From: Octopus vulgaris | Lineage: Eukaryota | Reading direction: 5' to 3' | NCBI GenBank assembly: GCA_951406725.2 | Contig: OX597818.1 | Span: 64,976,001-65,040,000, forward strand | Length of the DNA stretch: 64,000 nt | Shown here: piece by piece, positions 1 to 12,460 of the stretch | How the letters are laid out: every line of letters begins with the position of its first letter | Position numbering within the stretch: position 1 is the stretch's first letter | Program-made: the position numbers and the translations under genes | The notes under the pieces: generated by a model | Seen by the model: the letters and a program-made list of their open reading frames with translations, nothing else | Told to the model about the DNA's origin: nothing | Database searches by the model: none

Positions 1-1328
1 TTGAACTAACCATTTCACAAAATATCTCTGCTAACTTATTTGATTTTAATTATCTACTCTCGATACATCCAGATTATTTCATCACCCGCAGGGAAACTTT
101 CATGTCTCATCTAATTATATCTCCCAACCACTTGCATACTTCAATTAAACTCAACGCATTCAAACTCTATCCGCCTAATTCATTTCCATTTTATTTTAAT
201 TTTATAGATATCATCTTCCTTGCAGTTAGATATATTTTTATACATACGTTCAATAATCGTAATGTGATCATATACATGCTTTTGCACAGATATAAGAACA
301 TATATACATATACATATATTTACGTATCACACACACACACACATACATATATATATACATTGTTAGGTGCGTGTATGTATCCATGTAGGTATACCCTTGA
401 ATGAATACGTTTTGTCTGTCACATTCTGTGTGTATGTATATATGCGTGTAGAAATATATACGTGTGTGTGTGTATATATATAGGTGTGTATATATATAGG
501 TGTGTATGTGTGAGTGTGTATGTATACATATGAAAACAATTATACATGCATACACACATTCGCATAAATACATTATACATGACACACGGTTTGCACAACA
601 CTGCCTAGAACCAAATTAACTATTATCTCAACGGAAGGTATGATAAGACAAATATGAAATTATTCTTAAAGTATACTTTAAATGCCTTCTGATATTCCTT
701 TGAATCATTATGTACAGTTTCAGTTAAACTTATGGAGCATTTCTGCAAAAGAGTCATCACCAAATTTTAAGGTTAGAAGAGATTGCCTGAGAAATGATAA
801 GGTGTTTATCGACACCTGACCAACTCATAAGTTTACTGAAGTCCTTCACAAGTTAGTAGTTTTGGAAATATCTTGTAGCAAGCTATGATATAGAATCAAT
901 GTATTTCCTACTAAAGATGAAATTGTTCCAAAATATCTACGTGATGACCTATCTTAAGAAAAATTATAGTGACGAAAGAATTTTGAAATATTAGGTTAGC
1001 ATGAATTTATATGTGAAGTAAAGCACATTTATGGGAAATGTTATAGATTAAACGCAAATATGAAGGCGTCGTCCGGATAAAATATACTCTTAATGTATCA
1101 ATGACCTTTTTAAAAATGTCTTAAATAAACACCCTAAATTAAAGAGCGACGCAAAATGCTTAGCGCTCGCGGCCCTTAATATAAATTCTGTTATTCAAAG
1201 AATGAAATACTAAAGAATTATTTTTGAATATTTTTTTTATCCACTTAACTGACGACATTAGATCTTAAATTGTTTCTTGGAGAAGTAAATGGTTATTAAG
1301 TAAAAGAAAACAGAAACAAATGTATTTC

Positions 1329-1425
1329 CGGGGGCGAGGTGGGGCGAGGGGGGGCGAGGGGGGGGCGAGGGGGGGCGAGGGGGGGAGAGGGGGGAGAGGG
1401 GGGCGAGGTGGGGCGAGGGGGGGCG
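1329..1425 (+). repeat. G-rich tandem repeat, roughly (GGGGGGCGA)n
   Basis: About 10 units of G4-7 runs separated by CGA/AGA are directly visible. Confidence 0.9.
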
Positions 1426-1489
1426 TGTCCATACGACCGATTAATACAGTTGTTTTATATTTCGTTTAGGAAGGAATTTTCTTTTATCC

Positions 1490-2600
1490 GTTACTTCTTT
1501 CCCTCTGTGAACTACGACCATGCTGGAGCACTACTTTTAAGTGATTTAATCGAACAAATCGACAGCAATAGTTTTTTTTTGTCCTTAAGTGTGGGATTTA
1601 GTCTATGGGGTTCTCTTGCCGAATCGTTAAATTACAGGGGCGTATATAGAAAGGAAACCTGTTTGTGGGGAGAAAGACAAACGCAAATTCGAAGAGGAAA
1701 TACATTGAAACTCGTGCGCGCACACACACACACAGAGACTCTCACATACACATGCACCACTCAAACACACATACACGCAGACACATGCGCTCACACACGC
1801 TCCCGTACACACTCACACACACTCGCGTACACGCTCACACATACACACACATGCATGCGCACGTCACTCACTTACGCATAGACACTCTCACACATATCCA
1901 CGCGCGCACACACACATCACACACATACACGCACATACACTCACACATACACACACATACACCCAAACACAAACATACACGTACACACATATACACCCAC
2001 AGAAACTCACACACATATTCATGCAGACAAGATCACTCACACAGACGCGCGCAAATATTCACACATGCACGCGCACACACACACACATTCAAAAACTCGC
2101 CCATACATACACGGACATACACAAACAGACACACACACATACACTCACACATGCACACACACATACACACACACATTCACACACACATACAGGCGCATAC
2201 ACGTATATTCACTGAAACATAAACACATAAACGCAAACACACATAGACGCACAAACACACCTTCACACACGTGAACACCCACACACCATTCACACGTACA
2301 CACACACACACCACGCACACATACATACACATGCACATTCACCCACACCTACACGCACACACACACACCCTCACACACATACACTCACACACATACACTC
2401 ACACACATACACTCACACACAAACATACACAGATACAGATATAGCCACGTGCATACATATGACCAATCCACATAGATTCCACCTGCCGAACACTGCTTTA
2501 CAAAGATGCTGTCGGTCTATGGAGTTGCGCAGTAAGCTTGAACCTGAAACCACGTGGTCGGGAAGCAAACCTCTTAACTTCGGAATCGTACCTGCGCTTG
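1490..2600 (-). mobile_element. Old tRNA-derived SINE (family A) with internal (TG)n tract expanded to about 750 bp
   Basis: The 3' part (ccatgctggagcac...gaacaaatcgac, about 1515-1660) and the head (ttgaacctgaaaccacgtggtcgggaagcaaac, about 2540-2598) match the family A copy at 34245 in reverse. A degenerate CA repeat at 1715-2460 lies between them. Confidence 0.65.
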
Positions 2601-2863
2601 GCGCCTTGAAGAAATACACGATTCATCTTTGCGAGAATTTTGAAAATTCGTAGGTTTTCACTACTGACCTCTTCTGTTGAATAAATACTTCGTATTCCTG
2701 ACATCAATAATTAAAATACAATTTCCTCGTTGGGTAATTCTTAACGACTCAATGCATTGAGGCTGATATATTTTGCCCTTAGCCAATTTTTCTCATCCAC
2801 ACTAGATCTATACATTATTATTTTCTCTTTACGTTCTGAGCATTATCACTGTGGCATTGTTAC

Positions 2864-3078
2864 GGGCGGCGAAATGACAGAATCTTTAGAATGCCGGGCA
2901 AACCGCTTTGCAGTATTCCGCCAGTCGCTAATCTCTGAGTTCAAATTCGGCCTACGTCCATTTTGCACTTTAACTTTCCGGAGTACATAAATTAAGTACC
3001 AGTGAAACACTGGGGTCCATGTAATCGACTGGTCCCCTCTTTCATCATTCGAGGCCTTGTGTCTGTAGTAGAAAGGAT
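2864..3078 (+). mobile_element. tRNA-derived SINE family B (Meta/MESC-like central domain), diverged
   Basis: ggcggcga head, ctgagttcaaattc B-box region, taaattaagtaccag...ggggtc core. Confidence 0.75.
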
Positions 3079-3367
3079 ATTTTTTCTCCTAATATGAACA
3101 ACAATGTAGTTAAATAGAGTAATATTTTATCTTCAATCGTCCTATGATATTTTTTTATGGAAACATATATGAATATATAACTGTAGATTAACTTAATATG
3201 TATAGGTTAATTGAAGTGATTTTCAAAATAGTATTCCTGATATTTTTGTATTTTCTACTTGGGAACGACGAACAATGCTAGACATACATAACAAACAACA
3301 CAAAATTACTGTTATAATTTTAAAACTATCAAAATAACTCTTTATTTTCAATGTTGCGCACATTATA

Positions 3368-3744
3368 AGGCGGCGAGGTGGTAAAAACTTTAACAAGCCG
3401 GTCGAAAAGCTTAGCCGGATTTCGTCTGTATTTACGTTCTGAGTTCAAATTCCGCCGAGGTCGACTTTGCCTTTCATCCTTTCGGGGTCGAAAAATTAAA
3501 TACCAGTTATGCACTGGGATCGATATAATCAACTTAATCCGTCTGTCTGTCCTTGTGTTTAGCCCCTTGTGCGTAGTCAAGAAATAGGTATTTCGTGTAT
3601 TTACGTTCTGAGTTCAAATTCCGCCGAGGTCGACTTTACTTTCATCCTTTCGGGGTCAGCAAACTAAGCACTAGTTGTGATAGATCTAATCGACTGGGCC
3701 CCTTCCCAAAGAATTTCGAGCCTTGCGCCTAGAGTAGGAAAAAA
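3368..3744 (+). mobile_element. SINE family B, dimeric form
   Basis: Two copies of tacgttctgagttcaaattccgccgaggtcgacttt. Imperfect TSD tgttgcgcacattat / tattgcaaacattat. Confidence 0.9.
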
Positions 3745-4442
3745 TATTGCAAACATTATTTTTAGTGCTACATTTCTTCCACCTATTGTAATCTTTATCC
3801 GCTTAGCGTAAGACGAATGTGTTTTTGTGGATGGCATATAATTATGAAAGAATTATCACAAGCTCTCCGCGTTCCCTCGAGTAAATGTACCTGCATTTCG
3901 GTATACGTAACAGAAACGAAATATAAATCAAAGTTTTTTCAGCTGAGCATTCCAGGAATGCCATGTCGCTATAGGGATGACATTTTAGGAATAATAGATG
4001 TGCCTCTTGAATGTTAAATACATATATTAATATTTATGGCATCCATTTTAGCACATCGTAATACGAGGATTACTTCCTTAACAGAAACGTATTCAACAAC
4101 CTTAGTGTTGTTTTTAAATAAAATATGATTATGTTCGTACTGTTATATTACAAATAATATTTTCGTATGTTCTTCAGTCTATGATAATCTAAGCTACTAA
4201 CTGCTACTAACTGTAGATGTGGCGGATATTTATTGTATTTCAAGAAAAGGTTGAAACATCCGACAAAAGGAACGAGGTATACTTTCGGTTCTTTAACTTC
4301 AGGACACGCTTCCATTTCGTCAAAGTAGACTCCAAAGAATGTTACAATTCACTAGTAATGTGTGTAAGGTGGAGACTAACCACACCTCATTAAATTCGAT
4401 CGAATATATTTTATTTTACGAGCATTTGATGTGCATACATGC

Positions 4443-4477
<35 letters not shown>

Positions 4478-5152
4478 TATATATATATATATATATTTAT
4501 ATTTTATTTAGTTTCAGCTCACAAGTTGTGGCCATGCTGGAGTACCGCGATTTATATATATACTATTTATTATTTTATTATTGAAGCTTGTCGGACGAAT
4601 TGGAACAGTTTTTTGTCATATTTTCTGATGTTTTTGCAGCTTCAATAGTAAAGCATACTATTCTACCTTCAGTATTCGAGTACTATTTTCTCACCTTGTT
4701 TAACATTTACGTGCTTATTCGGGTACACTCATTTATGTACCTGAACTTATTTCACAGAACGCAAAACTCTATATTATCAAATCCTTTGAATTAATATTTC
4801 AGTTCAGTCGAAAATTTAGTTGCAATTTCAACGTTTGACATTTATGTGCTTACTCTGCTACACACAGGGAAAGAAAAAGAGAGAAAAAGAAAGAGAGAGA
4901 AAGAAAGAACACGAGCGAGAAAATAAAGCGAAAGCGATTGAGAGAGACAGAGTAAGTGAGAGAGAAAGAGAGAGGGAAATAGACAGACAGAGGGCGCTAT
5001 ACTCATTGGAGAACAGAATTTCAATTTAAGAAAAAAATTATTTATGAGTAAAAAAATTATTCAGCTTTGTTTATTGCTTCGATACGTCTTCTAAACCGAC
5101 TAAACGCATCGATCAATCGATCTGCTCTCATATTGAACATAACATCCCTAAT

Positions 5153-5385
5153 ATATTTCTTTACTACCCACAAAGGGCTAAAGACAGAGGGGACAAACAA
5201 GGACAGACAAACGGATTAAGTCGATTACATCGACCCCAGTGCGTAACTGGTACTTAATTTATCGACCCCGAAAGGATGAAAGGCAAAGTCGACCTCGGCG
5301 GAATTTGAACCCAGAACGTAATGGCAGACGAAATACGGCTACGCATTTCGCCCGGCGTGCCAACGTTTCTGCCAGCTCGCCGCCT
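5153..5385 (-). mobile_element. SINE family B, near-complete
   Basis: Reverse complement of the family B copies (cgaccccgaaaggatgaaaggcaaagtcgacctcggcggaatttgaac). Confidence 0.92.
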
Positions 5386-5389
5386 AATA

Positions 5390-5800
5390 GTAGATATCAA
5401 TGCGGCCTTGGTATATTAAACATAATTGGTCATCTCCTTATCAGCGACGTTCCGTACGTGGTAGTCTATGGGCACTTAAATCAGATTTTAGACCACTGAC
5501 TCTTGGGTCGTGCAGAATATGGCTGGGATATGTGCAGTCTCTTCGAGTAATTCTTTCAGTTTGGGTCTAGACAATCATCTCCACCATTTCGGTGTAGGCT
5601 CTGCACTGATGATAATACTGCGACCCCTCATGACCGCCAGACACGATAGAATCATGGCGTGCATAGCAGTGGGAAAATTCGTGGGGCTGGCGCAAAGTTG
5701 TCCCTCGTTATTCCACTTCATAATTTTGATCTTGGTTAAATTGTTCTTGTCTAAGAAGAAATAGAACATGACGGGTTATATAGGGTAGTTGTGGTTTTTC
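5390..5800 (-). pseudogene. Degenerate DD37D/maT-like (Tc1/mariner) transposase fragment
   Basis: The minus strand reads FFLDK (cf. FFSDEK), TNFPT..MILSC (cf. TKFP..VMV.G) and SDL..IDYHVRNV (cf. SPDLNPLDY.VW), with frameshifts. Confidence 0.6.
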
Positions 5801-6749
5801 AGAAAGCACTTCTCATAACATAGTACTTGTACCTGAGAACTTCGAGCGTCACATGTCCAGACGCTGACCAAGACAGAGGGAAATCATTTCCAATGACCCT
5901 CATTCATTTACGGGATTATCCCTGATGAAGCCCTCGATTCGCTGAGAAACCTCGGACTTTTCTGACTGTGTTTTACTTCAGAAAATGTTTTTTTTTCCCG
6001 TTTGGTCAGTTAAGACACATTCCCCCCTCAGACCAGAGGATTTTCTCGTACCTTAAACACAAAAGATCTGGGGACATTTGATAAAGTTTCATCATCAGAG
6101 TCACAGAGGATAGTGGATCACATGACGGGACCCGCCTGCATATACTTCGTTTCCGTTAGACAAGAATCTTCCATGTTAGATCTAAAAAGGAATATTAGTG
6201 CAAGCCAATTTTTCTCAAAGCATTGTTCTCAATTACTTGACGGACCATGTTTAGCATTCGGCATTTCGGTTCATATTTATGTCTCTGACTTACAATTCTA
6301 TCTTTGAGGTATCTGATTACTTTTTGTAGATTAGTTTTCCATATTAAAATAACGAATATTTATTGACAATAGTTAACTAAGTCTATTAAATCAACGAAAC
6401 TGCCAGAGGATATAAGGTAGGAGAAAACATTTCTATCGCTCTAGGCTAGTTGTAAATCTATAGCGATTTATATTCAGGTTCAGAAAATTTCATAAAAATT
6501 CTAAATAATATATTTAAAAAATAAATTCTTAAAAACCTCATTGATATGAAAAATAAATTGCAATCGCTTCAAAAAATATTGTTTATCTAAATATAAAGCT
6601 TCATATTTTTCTAATGTAGCAGGAAATATTTCTTTAGAGAAATATTTTGAAATATTCAATAATTCAGCAATACATTCTGAAACAGAATATTTCAAAATAT
6701 ATTGTAATTAGCGTGTATTATATATAAGACATTGCTCCATGTGAAATTA

Positions 6750-6795
6750 TGATATGTACATCTATACATATACACACATTCATACATGTATGTTC

Positions 6796-6867
<72 letters not shown>

Positions 6868-6888
6868 ATATACATTATATATATATAT

Positions 6889-6921
<33 letters not shown>

Positions 6922-7053
6922 ACATGTGTATATATATATAACGGGAAAGTTTACGAAAATAAACTTATATATATATAAATATATAAATATATATATATAT
7001 ACATATATACATATATATACACACATATATACTTCTGCACGAGCATTTGTGAT

Positions 7054-7127
<74 letters not shown>

Positions 7128-7132
7128 CGTGT
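6750..7132. repeat. Compound (TA)n / (TG)n microsatellite
   Basis: Directly visible. Confidence 0.95.
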
Positions 7133-7945
7133 GTTGGAAGAATGATTACTCGATTACTTAGTAACTTTGCGAACTTCGATGCGTTTCGGCCATAAATTGG
7201 CCCAGACCATGTCTAACATAATAGCACACACTGACATAGAACGGCAAAGATTTTGCGGTATCATCTTACATTCATGTTGGGGTCTTTTTACTGAGACTTA
7301 TCGAAATATAAATGGCTCATCTAATATTACATTGAAGACGTCTGCCCAGTTTCCTATTGAAGATGATGGAAAATGTCTTTTTTTAAAAATTATTCTGGGA
7401 TAATACTAAATAGAGCTGTGTCTGTTGAGGAAAGAAAATGTGTAGCAGTGAATTTACGTGTTGTGAGCCTGAATTGTATAGGTCGTGTATGCAAAACATC
7501 CCCAGCCTTGGATGATATTACTTACTGTAATGTTAAGATTATTTGGGAAATGCTAGTGCCATATTCTCCACGTTATGCAAATGATGTTATCACAATATTA
7601 CTAATACCTTTAATTTTTTTCGCCACATGAAAGCTTCACCTCTTGGTCGCAGACGCATAACGCACGTTTTGACTCATACTCACAACATATCGTTCAGTTA
7701 ATCGTAGGAATACTGTTCTGTAGATATTTACATCAATATTTTTAGGCACAGGTATGGCTGTGTGGTAATAAGTTTCTTTCTGAACCATGTGCGATTAGCT
7801 TCGCTCGCAATGCGTGACAATTTGGTTAAAAAGTTTCTCCTATATCCTCTGTCCGAACAAAGCCTTGGGAGTAGATTTAGTGGACGCAAACTGAAAGTAC
7901 GTCATATATGCATCTGTTAATATGTGTGTATATATACACACACAC

Positions 7946-7973
<28 letters not shown>

Positions 7974-7981
<8 letters not shown>

Positions 7982-8197
7982 AAAGGGCTTAGTAAAATAA
8001 ATTACTTTGCCGCATACTGAACTCATTAGAAATAGCAGCTAAAAAAAACTTTTTTAAAACTATTTCCAATACTTAAAGAAAATCTTTTCTTTTCTTTAAG
8101 TATTGGAAATAGTTTTAAAAAGTTTTTTTTAGCTGCTATTTCTAATGAGTTCAGTATGCGGCAAAGTAATTTATTTTACTAAGCCCTTTTATATAAT
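7974..8197. repeat. Near-perfect 224 bp palindrome embedded in (TA)n
   Basis: Arms 7974-8082 and 8090-8197 are reverse complements with a single homopolymer indel; the loop is 7 nt. Confidence 0.95.
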
Positions 8198-8287
8198 GTA
8201 ATAATTTGAATTCGCCTTAAATGGTCCCTTTGCATACTGAATACTTGGTGAAATTGATTAATTAATTAATTTTACCCTCAATTGTTG

Positions 8288-8341
<54 letters not shown>

Positions 8342-8563
8342 TATATATATATATATACACACACATATATATATATATATATAATACACATATATATATA
8401 CTTGGAAATGGATGCGTGATGTTCGATCATATAAAAAAATTATATATATATTATATATATATAGGGGAATATCATTACGGCGTCACAGGTATGACATATT
8501 CAAGTTAAGAATATTAAGTTGAATTATTCTTAATAAATAAAAACACACACACACACACACACA

Positions 8564-8612
<49 letters not shown>

Positions 8613-8663
8613 TACATATATGCATATATACATACATATATACATGTATATGTACATGTATAT

Positions 8664-8945
8664 GAACGTCCAACAAACCTGAACAAAATTAAAAACGAGA
8701 ACATAAAAAACGAAAATAGGGAAATCGAACATTTTTCGAAGAACGAAATAATCAAACAGAGAAATGAGGCAGGCATCATAAAAAACACCCCTCAACAGTT
8801 TTGCCCTGCTGTATCTACTCCGCGTTTCGAGCCACCTTTCTCTATTTGACTCTTTGGTTTTTCGAAAAGGAGCTCGTTTTCCCTGTTTTTGTTATTTTAT
8901 GTTCTCGTTTTTCATTTTGTTCACGTTTTTTGACGTCGTGTGCAC
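8664..8945. mobile_element. TA-inserted short element with imperfect inverted arms (family also at 28155 and 58950)
   Basis: tgaacaaaattaaaaacgagaacataaaa is mirrored by ttttatgttctcgtttttcattttgttca. The central ccctcaacagtt...tctactccgcgtttcgagc is shared with the 28290 and 59070 copies. Confidence 0.7.
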
Positions 8946-9026
8946 ATATATGCATGTATATATACTTATATATGTAGGTATGTACACATATGTTTGTGTA
9001 TAGGCATATGTATTATATATGTATTA

Positions 9027-9095
<69 letters not shown>

Positions 9096-11067
9096 AAGGA
9101 TGTGTATGTTTTTGAACGAGACACCGCTTCACAACCGTTGTTGGCGTGTATGCGTCCCCGTTACGCAATGCTTCGGCAATATGGAACCATGGAATACGTA
9201 CAAAGTTTAGAAATTATCTACTGTGGGCTGATCCATTCGACTAAAAAATCATCAAGGCAGTGCTCCCGGATGGTCACAGTCTAATGCTTAAAACACCTAA
9301 AAGGCAAAACATAGAGAAATATAAAAGGATTTGGAGTGGAATGCAGTTTACAATGTTTCAAGTATTTTGAGTATCCTGTAGAATCAGTCATTATTTATGC
9401 TTCAAGAAGGAATGGTTGCTTTCTTATTTTAGTGGCCTGACATGAAAGTTATTACAGACAGGTCACTGAGTTGAAATTGCAACTGAAATTTCGACTGAAC
9501 CGAAATATTAATTCAAAGGATTTGTTAATGTAGAATTTTGCGTACTGTGAAATATTTTCAAACCTGACTGCATAGAGAAAATTGAATGTATATGTATATT
9601 TGAATACGTAAACGAAAATATTTCACTGGACTCGAAATATTATATTACAAATTTTTCTAGTTAAAACTTGTTTTCAAAACATGGTTTGTTTGTCTTTTGG
9701 ACGTTATAAACTCTTCGTGAAAATTGACATCTCGATCGAAAATTAAATGAATGTTTGTTACGCTTTCTTCTTTAAACATAAATAAAAATTAAATCCCCAG
9801 AACAAATCAAGAGACAAACAGACATTTAGAGAGTCTACAACATCATTTCTATTAGGAAAACTCCAAGTTGTTATATTTATATCTGCCTCTGAATAAATAA
9901 ATAAATATACAAAAAAAAAAACAAAGAAGGTAGATGCATTATACGAGGTCATTCCACGCAATCCCAATTGATCGAATGTTCTCGCAAGTTATTGTTTGTC
10001 CCCAAGATTCGCTAGAATACACTGATTCAAGTAACCCCGCAGTGGGACTGAACCGAAAACGACAAAGTGCTTTTAGCATCATTCTTAACCATAAAGCCAT
10101 GCCTATCTTTCGCTAATTTCTACTGGATGTTGGTCAGTATGTGGCGGTAGTTTGAGTACTTTGGTTTTTGAAGCTAGTCAAACACAAGAAATCATGGGTT
10201 GTTGTAAATTATATTATGTGCTAGATGTGTATGTGTAAGTCAAATGTAGATGAAAGGAAGTAGCTATAAATGTACGTGATATACAGTTCGATTACGGTAT
10301 TGATTTGTGATTTACGTTTTATTTTCTCACGTGAATATCCATTTTATTTCCACTATACCAATATTCTGGTAAGTGTCTTAGATTGTCCTAATTGACGGTT
10401 GCGGCACATCTCACGGTGCTGTTAAAGTGAGGATGTGAGACTACTTAGGTGATTCCTAATTGAAGCACAGAGTCTCCATATCAGGTGTCTGAAACGCGAA
10501 TATATATGTTCCTCTTTTTATTTATATAAATAAGGTTAAGATCGTTATTCAAAATACTGATCATATAAAGTGGCCAGCATGGGAATAACAACATGGTAGA
10601 GGCAACAGTCAAAACTTGATTCTAAAACCATTTCATATATTTATACAGCACAATATTAAGAGACAAGTAAACAAATAAACTAGAAACAAATTGTGGGTCA
10701 ACTCAGATGCGGATTTCTAGGTGTGTATAAAAATACATTCTGCCTCATCAGTGAGATATACACAAATAGTACATAATTACAAATATATATATATATATAT
10801 ATATATAGTAGAAATATGTTGCGAAAAGAATAATACACGTGGAAATGTAAGGGTAAAATATGAAAAATCAACGAAAATGCGTATTGCAAATAGAAAAAGG
10901 CTATTTATGACAGGTAACGACAATTATATACATTTAGATTGACTGAGGTAGTAATACGAGTCATAAATGTCATTATTATGACATAATTATGAGATGATTA
11001 TAAAGTAAGAAAACAAAACGAACCAATGGTTTACGCGGAATATTCATCATTTCAACAACACCGGTTA

Positions 11068-11117
<50 letters not shown>

Positions 11118-11123
11118 TTCTAC

Positions 11124-11156
<33 letters not shown>

Positions 11157-11391
11157 ATGTGTGTGTGTGTGTATGTATGTATGTATGCATGTATACAACA
11201 TACAATTTCGCACGTATATATACATATATATGTACGTAATATACGAGACCAATTTAGTTGCCCTTCTAAACTCCACGTGATCAACATACCACCGCAGTGA
11301 ATTTGACGAAGTAAATATGTAATTTTTATATAAACAAGGATAAGATCGTTATTTACAATACCGATCACACACACACACACACACACACATA

Positions 11392-11779
11392 TCTCTCTCT
11401 ATATAAACGGCAGTTTGTCTGTGTGTGTTTCTGTGTGTCTGTTTTCTCGTACCCTCACCCTGACCACGGCTTTCAACCGATTCTGATGAAACTTGACACA
11501 CACATAGCCCAATGTCATAATTCAAAACTAACGCAGCGAAAATTTTGAAAAGTTCCCCCAGTTCTGAAAAAAATCGATAAATTCGACATGGGGTCGAGAA
11601 TCAGAAACACAAACCACCGATGGTCTAGGGGACGCAACTCCACCTTTTTTAACTCTCAAAAAAAAAAAAATACCATCATTTTTTTTCCATTTTTTGGCTA
11701 TTTTTTGGCTATAACTCTCTAAAAATGCTTTATAGTTATTTCCCTTACAAACCTGAGCAACGCCGGGCGATACTGCTAG
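11392..11779 (+). mobile_element. Non-autonomous Helitron
   Basis: 5' TC, a subterminal GC-rich hairpin (cctgagcaacgccggg) about 8 nt before a 3' CTAG, and insertion between A and T with no TSD. Confidence 0.8.
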
Positions 11780-12099
11780 TATATATATATATGTGTGAGT
11801 GTGTGTGCATGTGTGCATACAAGCGTGTGAGTCTGTGTGCACGTGTGCACGTGTGTATGTGTTTGTATGTGTTTGCGTAGATTCATGCATAAAAACAGAG
11901 CACGTTGTGATTGAACGTAGCGGCTACGTGGAAGATATCACATACACCATCAACCGGTGCCATAAAATGTCTATGAGATAATATCAGCAGCCCTGGTTTG
12001 ATATATCTGCGAGCAACACTTATAATGCTAGCCTTGGGCTGGACTGCTCTGACGAATACCCCAAAGGCATATATTAGTACCTGATTCCTAAATTAAGGG

Positions 12100-12460
12100 A
12101 CAAGTAGTGCTAACGGACTTCAAACCAGCAATTTTCCGTAAACACGAACCTGATATTGTTCTGCGTGACGGAGAACAGACCTCATGCCCTGTTGTAGATA
12201 TCGACTTCCCAGTGGATGTGAATGTACTAAAAGAGAGCTTCTATGGTGAATCTATGAGGAACGTACATCTCATGTACTTTGACAATATATTTCCTTTGTA
12301 AATATTAAAGTTGTATTAGGCTACGAACTAACATATTTAAACGTTCAAACACCCGGATCTTTTAAAAAAAAGGGCAAACGAAACTTATGCACATTCTCTA
12401 AATCCAAATTATAAGCGCCATCGTGAAGATTTGTAAGAAGTACCAAAGTTTCTTCATTGG
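12100..12460 (+). pseudogene. Degenerate restriction-like endonuclease (RLE) domain of an R4/Dong-related non-LTR retrotransposon
   Basis: ORF 12107-12301 reads KHEPDIVLRD...VVDIDFPVDVNV, a PD..D-type RLE motif. VKICKKYQSF follows downstream. Confidence 0.5.

Larger units (their letters stand above)
7745..9310 (+). mobile_element. Old SINE family A, split by about 1.1 kb of nested insertions in its internal TA/TG tract
   Basis: Head ggcacaggtatggctgtgtggtaa at 7745-7910. 3' half caccgcttcacaaccgttgttggcgtgtatgcgtcccc...gtgctcccggatggtcacagtc at 9120-9310. Confidence 0.7.

Noticed and set aside
102-2348. Long ORFs rich in Y/I, H/T and C/V (also at 6749, 27695, 28296, 39053, 40173 and 59277)
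   Set aside because: They are translations of stop-free dinucleotide microsatellites, not proteins.
5918-5957. CTGATGA...GAAAC hammerhead-like string
   Set aside because: Stem II is weak with an extra GA before GAAA, stem III cannot form, and no second copy was seen.
7171-7210. Minus-strand GGCCA/TGGCC hairpin followed by GAAACGCATC
   Set aside because: The CUGANGA box is missing and there is no stem I; at best a dead relic.
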